A stretch of DNA of 64,000 nucleotides, taken from contig CACFSX010000002.1 in the NCBI GenBank assembly GCA_902569095.1, positions 40,161-104,160 on the forward strand. Direction: 5' to 3'. How positions within the stretch are numbered: position 1 is the stretch's first letter; every line of letters starts with the position of its first letter. The notes beneath the pieces were generated by a model. It had not been told where the DNA came from, searched no databases, and saw nothing but the letters and a program-made list of their open reading frames with translations. The DNA is from an uncultured Alphaproteobacteria bacterium. Lineage in GTDB: Bacteria; Pseudomonadota; Alphaproteobacteria; Methylaequorales; Methylaequoraceae. The position numbers and the translations under genes are program-made. Of this stretch, positions 26,895 to 33,262 are shown piece after piece.

Positions 26895-28508
26895 ATGGCA
26901 AATAAAAATATCTTGTTAATTGAACCTGGGTACAAAAACAAATATCCTCCTTTGGGTTTAATGAAAATAGCTCAATATCATGGAGCCAACGGTAAAAAAG
27001 ATAATGTTAAATTTATTAAAGGTGAAGATAAAAGTACGGAAAGCATTGTTTGGGATAGAATTTACATTACTACATTGTTTTCTTTTGAATGGAATAAAAT
27101 TTCCGAAACAATTGAATATGCTTCCAAGTTAGTTAATCAACAGCACGATAAGATTTTTGTTGGAGGAATAGCGGCATCTTTAATGCATGAGAAGTTTTTG
27201 TCTCAAGACAAATGGAGAGGAATTCGTTTCATTCAAGGCTTACTTGACAAATCTCCAGCAGAATCGTTACAACTCGATGATTTTGAAGAGGAGCTATATT
27301 CCGATGATTTAGATAGCACACCGATTGAAGACCTCATACCGGATTACAGTATACTTGAACAGATTGATTATAAATATCCGGTTTATGATGCTTATTTTGC
27401 TTATGCAACAAGAGGGTGTGTTAGAAAATGTGCTTTTTGTGGCGTACCAAAACTTGAAGGTGGAATGCGTGAAATGCCGCCGCTTAGTAAAATAGTTGGT
27501 GGTATTGAAAAATTGTATGGCCCAAAAAAGGATTTAATTTTGATGGACAATAATGTTGTAGCTTCTCCACGATTAAAAGAGATAATTGATGAAGTAGTGG
27601 ATTTAGGTTTTGCAAAAGGGGCATCTATGGTCAACCCTAAAACAGGTAATAAAGTTCAAAGGCGTGTTGATTTTAATCAGGGTGTAGATGCCAGAATTCT
27701 CGCCAAATCAGAGCATTTTATGAAACAATTAAGTAGAATATGTTTATCACCGCTCAGGATTGCTTTTGATCATGTTGGTTTAATGAAACCCTATGAGCAA
27801 GCTGTTCGGTACGCAAGCGCTTCAGGTTTGAATTTTTTATCAAATTACATGCTGTATAATTTTCATGATACTCCAAATGATTTGTTTCAAAGAATGAGAA
27901 TTAACGTCAGCCTTAATGAAGAATTAGGTACCCAAATTTATTCTTTTCCAATGAGGTATCAACCAACAGATAGACCAGATAGGGGACATGTTGGTGAGCA
28001 TTGGAATAAATATTATTTGCGCTCAATTCAAATTATTCTCCAAGCAACTCATGGAGTTGTTAGTGGTGCACCTGAATTTTTCAAAAAAGCGTTTGGTGAT
28101 ACTGAGGATGAATTTCTAAAAATTCTAAGAATGCCACATGATTTTATTTTTAATAGAGATTGGTTTGAGAAATTCGGTGGTCGAGCTAAACTAGATGAGT
28201 TTAATTCACAAATTAACAAACTAAATGAATCGGAGGTTGAAGAACTAATGAATTTTTTAGCATCACACTTCCCTGCAGAGTATTTGAACGAATCAAAAAA
28301 AATTAAAAATAATAAGATTAGAAATATGATTCCTTTTTATAAACATATGACAATGGAAGAAAATAGAAAAATTTGGTCTTCGCAAAAGCAAATAAAAAAT
28401 AATCTAAAAATTGCTATGGCTGACGATGAAATAGTTGAAGATGCAGGACTAGATCATAATCCGGATAGTGAGAGTGAAGAAAATATGAGAAAAGTTATAG
28501 CAAGATAA
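26895..28508 (+). CDS. Radical SAM enzyme with an N-terminal B12-binding-like (class B type) domain
   Basis: CxxxCxxC cluster motif in YATRGCVRKCAFCGVPK. N-terminal ILLIEPGYKNKYPPLGLMKIAQYH...IFVGGIAASL resembles the Rossmann-like B12-binding domain layout. No SPASM-type Cys clusters seen. Confidence 0.8.
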   Translation: MANKNILLIEPGYKNKYPPLGLMKIAQYHGANGKKDNVKFIKGEDKSTESIVWDRIYITTLFSFEWNKISETIEYASKLVNQQHDKIFVGGIAASLMHEKFLSQDKWRGIRFIQGLLDKSPAESLQLDDFEEELYSDDLDSTPIEDLIPDYSILEQIDYKYPVYDAYFAYATRGCVRKCAFCGVPKLEGGMREMPPLSKIVGGIEKLYGPKKDLILMDNNVVASPRLKEIIDEVVDLGFAKGASMVNPKTGNKVQRRVDFNQGVDARILAKSEHFMKQLSRICLSPLRIAFDHVGLMKPYEQAVRYASASGLNFLSNYMLYNFHDTPNDLFQRMRINVSLNEELGTQIYSFPMRYQPTDRPDRGHVGEHWNKYYLRSIQIILQATHGVVSGAPEFFKKAFGDTEDEFLKILRMPHDFIFNRDWFEKFGGRAKLDEFNSQINKLNESEVEELMNFLASHFPAEYLNESKKIKNNKIRNMIPFYKHMTMEENRKIWSSQKQIKNNLKIAMADDEIVEDAGLDHNPDSESEENMRKVIAR

Positions 28509-28513
28509 TTATC

Positions 28514-29806
28514 ATGAATAGTACCTCTAAACAAATAACAGTCGGTAAAGATATTCTAGAGTTGCTTACCTCTGGGATGTATTTAGATCCACTCACAATA
28601 TATCGTGAATATATACAAAACTCTGCTGATTCAATAGAAAAAGCTGTAGATAAAGGTTTGCTAAAGTCAGTTGAAGATGAAGGTAAAATAAAAATAAATA
28701 TTAATTTCATAGATAGATCAATTGTTATTGAAGATAACGGTACAGGTTTATCAAGTAATGATTTTTTAAGAATACTTCTTTCATTTGGAAATAGTCCCAA
28801 AAGAGGAACAGATGCAAGAGGATTTAGAGGTATTGGACGTTTAGCAGGATTAGCATACTGTCAAGAACTAATCTTTACTAGTAAATGTGCAGGTGAAAAA
28901 AATATAAATACTTTAAAATGGGATTGTCGAAAATTAAAAAAGTTATTGGTTGATCATACGATTAAATCAGATTTAAAAAAAATAGTTCACGACTCAACAA
29001 TTTATGAACAACAAGAAACAAATGAAACAAATGCTCATTATTTTAAAGTCGAGTTAAAGAAGATACTAAGACTAAAAAACGATGTTCTACTTAACAATAT
29101 GATGATCGAGAAGTATCTATCTCAAGTTGCTCCAGTCCCTTTTTCCGATAGCTTTAAATTTAAAGATAGAATAAATGAAATTCTTAGAGAAAAAATCAAA
29201 GTTTCGTATCATAATATTTTACTTAATGGTGAAACGGCGATAACTAGAACATTTAGAAATTCGTATGACTTTAGTTCAACAACTACTGATTATATTAATG
29301 GTGTTGAAAAGTTAGAGATAGTGGATAATGATGATGAACTTTTGGCTTACGGCTTTTTGTTAAATCATGGGTATCTAGGAGCTATAAATAAAAGTACTGC
29401 ACTTCCTGGACTAAGAGCACGAATTGGTAATATTCAAATAGGTGAAAATACAATTTTTTTAGATCAATTTTCAGAATCCAGATTCAATGCATGGACTATT
29501 GGTGAGCTTCACATTTTGAGTCCCAAACTTGTTCCTAATGGAAGACGAGATGATTTTGAGAAAAATAACTTTTACTATAATTTTCTTAATTATATCTCTC
29601 TAATAACCAGGCGTATTTCAGAAATCTGCAGACAAAAATCACAAGTAAGAAATCAAGTAAAGGTAGTTGAAATTGAGAATGTTAAATCAAAAAAAAGAGA
29701 ATCAGCTGCTAATAACATTATAGATGTGGCAAGTAAATTCATTAAAAACAAAGAGGAAATAAAAAAAGTTAGAAATACAATTTATGATGAGATATCAAAA
29801 CTTTGA
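28514..29806 (+). CDS. GHKL-superfamily ATPase (Hsp90/MORC-like, HATPase_c_3 type)
   Basis: N box YREYIQNSADSIEKA, G1 box IVIEDNGTGLS, G2 box RGFRGIGRLAGLAYC. Begins 5 nt after the radical SAM gene. Confidence 0.8.
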   Translation: MNSTSKQITVGKDILELLTSGMYLDPLTIYREYIQNSADSIEKAVDKGLLKSVEDEGKIKININFIDRSIVIEDNGTGLSSNDFLRILLSFGNSPKRGTDARGFRGIGRLAGLAYCQELIFTSKCAGEKNINTLKWDCRKLKKLLVDHTIKSDLKKIVHDSTIYEQQETNETNAHYFKVELKKILRLKNDVLLNNMMIEKYLSQVAPVPFSDSFKFKDRINEILREKIKVSYHNILLNGETAITRTFRNSYDFSSTTTDYINGVEKLEIVDNDDELLAYGFLLNHGYLGAINKSTALPGLRARIGNIQIGENTIFLDQFSESRFNAWTIGELHILSPKLVPNGRRDDFEKNNFYYNFLNYISLITRRISEICRQKSQVRNQVKVVEIENVKSKKRESAANNIIDVASKFIKNKEEIKKVRNTIYDEISKL

Positions 29807-29812
29807 GTTGAT

Positions 29813-30118
29813 TTATCTTTGAAGTTTCCTTAATTCTACCCAAACATTATTGTATGCGCTTTTTCTCTCAACCTCTTTAACAGAGTTTTTAAAATTATCA
29901 TAGTTGATCTCTGTAATCTTAAGCATCATTCTAGCTGCCACTTTAGCTTTAGAGATTAAGGCTCTATATTTATAATCTGCACTATCATCTTCAAAGACAT
30001 CAGCTTCAGGAAAAACTTTCTCAATATCACCTTTTACACGAGCCCTGACTAATAACTCTAATTTATTGTCTCTATTTTCTACTATTGATAAGAAGGCATT
30101 ATTGAATTGGATCCACAT
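29813..30118 (-). CDS. Hypothetical protein (island)
   Basis: 101-aa ORF convergent with the operon. No motif recognised. Confidence 0.45.
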   Translation of the reverse strand: MWIQFNNAFLSIVENRDNKLELLVRARVKGDIEKVFPEADVFEDDSADYKYRALISKAKVAARMMLKITEINYDNFKNSVKEVERKSAYNNVWVELRKLQR

Positions 30119-30152
30119 ATCTAACTTTATCCATTTATTAAAAAGAAGGGAA

Positions 30153-30170
30153 GGGGAGATTTCTCTCCCC
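30153..30170 (-). terminator. Rho-independent terminator GGGGAGA-loop-TCTCCCC
   Basis: GC-rich 7-bp stem followed on the minus strand by TTCCCTTCTTTTT. Immediately downstream of the three micro-ORFs. Confidence 0.55.
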
Positions 30171-30175
30171 TAATG

Positions 30176-30325
30176 TTAATGTTTTTTTATAGTTATTTTT
30201 TTATATCCCTTAGGCTTACCTTTTACCTTAAAACCATGCAGTTCAAGTTGATAAACCATTTCATACAATAATTCCTCCTTAGTTTTATTTTTGGTTGGTA
30301 TTAAGAATAATGGAGTACGAGTCAT
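30176..30325 (-). CDS. 49-aa micro-ORF (third of three coupled)
   Basis: MTRTPLFLIPTKNKTKEELLYEMVYQLELHGFKVKGKPKGYKKITIKKH. Its start overlaps the upstream stop (TGATG). Confidence 0.35.
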   Translation of the reverse strand: MTRTPLFLIPTKNKTKEELLYEMVYQLELHGFKVKGKPKGYKKITIKKH

Positions 30326-30438
30326 CACTTATCTCCTTTTCTTTTTTTATTAAAAGTTACTTTTGGATTTGAGATTATAAATCCAGTTTTGAAGATTGGG
30401 TCATCCTCTTTTAGTTCTTTCCAAATGATTTTTGCCAT
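30325..30438 (-). CDS. 37-aa micro-ORF (second of three coupled)
   Basis: MAKIIWKELKEDDPIFKTGFIISNPKVTFNKKRKGDK. Its start overlaps the upstream stop (TAATG). Confidence 0.35.
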   Translation of the reverse strand: MAKIIWKELKEDDPIFKTGFIISNPKVTFNKKRKGDK

Positions 30439-30554
30439 TATTTGTCCCCTTTCTTAATTAAATTTCGACCAAATATTATAGAATATCCTGTCGACATTAT
30501 TTTTTTCCCTTGTGAGGATTTTCTGACTAATACTGATTTTACTACTTTTCCCAT
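30438..30554 (-). CDS. 38-aa micro-ORF (first of three coupled)
   Basis: MGKVVKSVLVRKSSQGKKIMSTGYSIIFGRNLIKKGDK. AAGGAG sits 7 nt upstream of the ATG. Confidence 0.4.
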   Translation of the reverse strand: MGKVVKSVLVRKSSQGKKIMSTGYSIIFGRNLIKKGDK

Positions 30555-30625
30555 TACGGTTCTCCTTTGTTAATTGTTATTAACCAAGAAAATTTGAATG
30601 TATGGAAACTTTTACTGTTTGAGAA

Positions 30626-30688
30626 AGAACGATTAGGTCGTTACTATTCCAGAACGGTAGGTCGTTACTATACCCCAAATTAATTTGG
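30626..30688. promoter_or_regulatory. Tandem ~24-bp direct repeat plus a 14-bp perfect palindrome in a divergent intergenic region (candidate operator)
   Basis: TAGGTCGTTACTAT is exact at 30634-30647 and 30658-30671, each preceded by AGAACG. CCAAATTAATTTGG at 30675-30688. Confidence 0.45.
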
Positions 30689-30740
30689 ATATTTTATTTC
30701 TATCAAACATATATTAATTTGATATGAACAAGGAGTATTT

Positions 30741-30944
30741 ATGTACGATCAAGTTATGGTTGAAGTATGTAATTGGTGTATTCGTTTTCTTTACAAAGCT
30801 AGTGACTTCTTAGGAATGTCTTATGAAGAAATTAACGTATGGTTGTTTATTATCATTCAACCTGGACTAATTATTTATTTCTTTTGGAGTTCTAGCAAAT
30901 GGAAGAAAAAATATTTAAAAATTAAAACTGAATATATAAAATAA
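30741..30944 (+). CDS. Small membrane protein, hypothetical (island)
   Basis: 67-aa ORF with one TM segment; AAGGAG upstream. Confidence 0.4.
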   Translation: MYDQVMVEVCNWCIRFLYKASDFLGMSYEEINVWLFIIIQPGLIIYFFWSSSKWKKKYLKIKTEYIK

Positions 30945-31056
30945 GAATTATACTTAAGGAATTGACTTTCAATTATTATGAAAAGAGAATTAAATTAACA
31001 AGAACTGGAAAGTGTGTTTATTAATCTAGTATGCCAGAGAACAGGAAAGGGTATGA

Positions 31057-31281
31057 ATGGATGACAAAGAAAAATTAACAAAGTTACTGAACTTACTATC
31101 ATTTAAATTAAAACATAAAGACTATGTCGCTGCATTTAGTCTCATTTACGGTTTAAAGCTTGGTAACCTATCAAAAGAACAAAACATTGAAATATTTAAA
31201 GAAGTTGCGCATTTAGAACATGAATTTAATAATTATAAAAAATTCTCTGTTATACAAGGTAACAAAAAAGACGATGAGTGA
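31057..31281 (+). CDS. Hypothetical protein (island)
   Basis: 74-aa ORF with GGAAAGGG upstream. Confidence 0.4.
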   Translation: MDDKEKLTKLLNLLSFKLKHKDYVAAFSLIYGLKLGNLSKEQNIEIFKEVAHLEHEFNNYKKFSVIQGNKKDDE

Positions 31282-31326
31282 TTTTACAAAAGTAATAATC
31301 ATTGATATTCTTATTTTTGGATCTCT

Positions 31327-31893
31327 ATGGATTTTAGTATAAAAAAACTACACTTTAAACTTTTCAAATATATTTTAAGGAGACCATATCCATTTAACCA
31401 TTGGTTGTGCCTAATGACATCATATGTAACACTTTGGCTTTATTCTATAATCGTTTCATCAATTCTGTGTTTTATTGTTGGAACTACATTTGTTGATTCT
31501 TTAAAGTTTTATTTTGTAATTAATTTTTTCTTAATGATTTATATTGTTTTTTCTTCATATAAACTAAAGAATCTTTTTGAATTGATTAGCGATACAATGG
31601 ATCAAATTTTCAGAATGACTATTGGAAGGTTATTTGGATTAGCACCAATAGATTATGATAATAAACCAATTGAGCAAAGAAAATATTATGGAAAGAGTGT
31701 TTTAGATTTTGACAATGAAAGATCTAAGATTTTTGCAAAAAAATATGAAGAAATAGATTTTCTTGTTCTCAATGATTACATTTCGATAGAAGAGGGGAAT
31801 AAGAGAACCGATGAATTATTAAAACAAGAATATAGGTTTGGTTTTCTTGTTACTCTAGATGGTCATTATTACACTCAAGAGTTTAATTCATAA
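31327..31893 (+). CDS. Membrane protein, hypothetical (island)
   Basis: 188 aa with two or three N-terminal TM segments and a soluble C-terminal half. Confidence 0.45.
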   Translation: MDFSIKKLHFKLFKYILRRPYPFNHWLCLMTSYVTLWLYSIIVSSILCFIVGTTFVDSLKFYFVINFFLMIYIVFSSYKLKNLFELISDTMDQIFRMTIGRLFGLAPIDYDNKPIEQRKYYGKSVLDFDNERSKIFAKKYEEIDFLVLNDYISIEEGNKRTDELLKQEYRFGFLVTLDGHYYTQEFNS

Positions 31894-32067
31894 AACTTTA
31901 ACTAACTAAAAATAATTTCTATCAATATCATAATAGAAAATTCTGTGAATAATTTAAAGTTGAAAAGGTTGATACTAAGAAAACTATAAAACTAGGTAAA
32001 AATACCTAATTTTCTCTTTAACAATAATTGTTACAGTAAAAAATGATTTAATGTTTAAGGAGTTTAA

Positions 32068-32250
32068 ATGAAACTATATACAAAAAAAGACATAGAGGAC
32101 ATTTTTAAGATCAGTCGTGCAACAGTTTATCGTTGGTGTAGGGAAGGGGATTTTCCAAAACCATTCAATTGTAAGAAGGGTAGTAGACAATATTGGAGAG
32201 CTGAGGACATAGAAAGATTTATTAATAATTCTGATTTATTCCGAAATTGA
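32068..32250 (+). CDS. alpA: AlpA/Xis-family helix-turn-helix protein (excisionase / island regulator)
   Basis: 60 aa: KKDIEDIFKISRATVYRWCREGDFPKP...YWRAEDIERFI is the typical AlpA/MerR-type HTH pattern. AAGGAG upstream. Confidence 0.8.
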   Translation: MKLYTKKDIEDIFKISRATVYRWCREGDFPKPFNCKKGSRQYWRAEDIERFINNSDLFRN

Positions 32251-32278
32251 TTTAGTCAATAATGAGAGGGCTTAAGCT

Positions 32279-32590
32279 TTGAATAGAATTAATCCAGCAA
32301 TCTATGGCAAGTATATTGTAATCCCCAAACGCGCTGTAGGTGATCCAAATCTAAATAAGAATCCTGTTCTCTTTCAAATATTAGTGACGCTTTGCTCATT
32401 TGCCAGTAACAAGAGACATAGGCTTTTTGTTAGTCAGGCACATTTATCTAAAAAGTTAATGAAGCATCAATCAACTATTTCTAGACAAATTAAGATGTTA
32501 GTTAAAATGGGTTATTTAAAAGTTCTTAGGAAAGGGTCTCCCTTAATAAAATTTAATCAAAAAAGTACACACTATATTGTTTTATTTTAA
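32279..32590 (+). CDS. Winged-helix DNA-binding protein (MarR/replication-regulator-like)
   Basis: SQAHLSKKLMKHQSTISRQIKMLVKMGYLKVLRKG. TTG start in the ORF track, so the start is uncertain. Confidence 0.45.
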   Translation: MNRINPAIYGKYIVIPKRAVGDPNLNKNPVLFQILVTLCSFASNKRHRLFVSQAHLSKKLMKHQSTISRQIKMLVKMGYLKVLRKGSPLIKFNQKSTHYIVLF

Positions 32591-32742
32591 TAGTGGACGT
32601 TTCCTTTTTCCATTTCCTTCATCGCTCTTTTGAAGTTTTTATCCCATTCTTTTCGAGCTACTTTATATTCTTTTTCAGAATTAAAGTTCTTTCTTTCTGG
32701 TGGAGGGGCAATAGTCATATAAGTATAGTTTACAGCAAATCA

Positions 32743-33045
32743 TTATTTTGATGGTAGATAATCTTTATATTTTTCCTGATCAAATTTAACATCCTTGGTT
32801 GAGATACACTTAATACTCTTTATTTTTATTGGAGTATTGAGGAATTGTCGCTCAGCATTGTTAAATGCCTTTTTGCAATCACTTTGAAGAGGAAATGCCT
32901 CCTTCTCATATTCCTTTCCATTATGCTCTAATACTAAAGTTATTAAATATAGTTCATCTAATTCTTGTTTAGATTCTTTTTTTAATTCTGAGCAACCAGT
33001 CATAATTAGTATTATAAATGGAAATGTAAAAAAAAAGACTTTCAT
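32743..33045 (-). CDS. Lipoprotein, hypothetical (island)
   Basis: The internal Met gives MKVFFFTFPFIILIMTGCSE (lipobox). Confidence 0.5.
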   Translation of the reverse strand: MKVFFFTFPFIILIMTGCSELKKESKQELDELYLITLVLEHNGKEYEKEAFPLQSDCKKAFNNAERQFLNTPIKIKSIKCISTKDVKFDQEKYKDYLPSK

Positions 33046-33262
33046 ATTAAGAGAACATAAATTGTATAACATAATACAAAGTTAATATTGCAGAAATCAT
33101 TAGATAACCGACTAGAAACAATCTAAACATATTATATCTCAAATATTGTTTTCAAATATATTATAGTCATAACTAGTAAAAAAAAAGTTTAAGAATTATG
33201 TATGGAATTAAGACTGTTGCGGAGGCCCAAAAAATGACAATTTTTAAAAACTGCATAATTAT

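Noticed and set aside
26895-28508. Radical SAM enzyme as a prokaryotic viperin or QueE
   Set aside because: At 537 aa with an N-terminal B12-binding-like domain, its size and architecture do not fit viperin (~300 aa, with the cluster motif near the N-terminus) or QueE (~210-250 aa).
21907-29806. Assignment of the operon to Dnd/Ssp phosphorothioation, Dpd 7-deazaguanine, BREX, DISARM or a classic R-M system
   Set aside because: The signature genes were not seen: no DndA/C/D/E or SspA-D, no TGT-like DpdA or preQ0 genes, no PglZ/BrxC/PglX methyltransferase, no DrmA/DrmB(DUF1998)/PLD, and no SAM-dependent DNA methyltransferase motifs. The shared ParB or SNF2 components alone are not diagnostic. 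This rests on my reading of motifs, not on searches.
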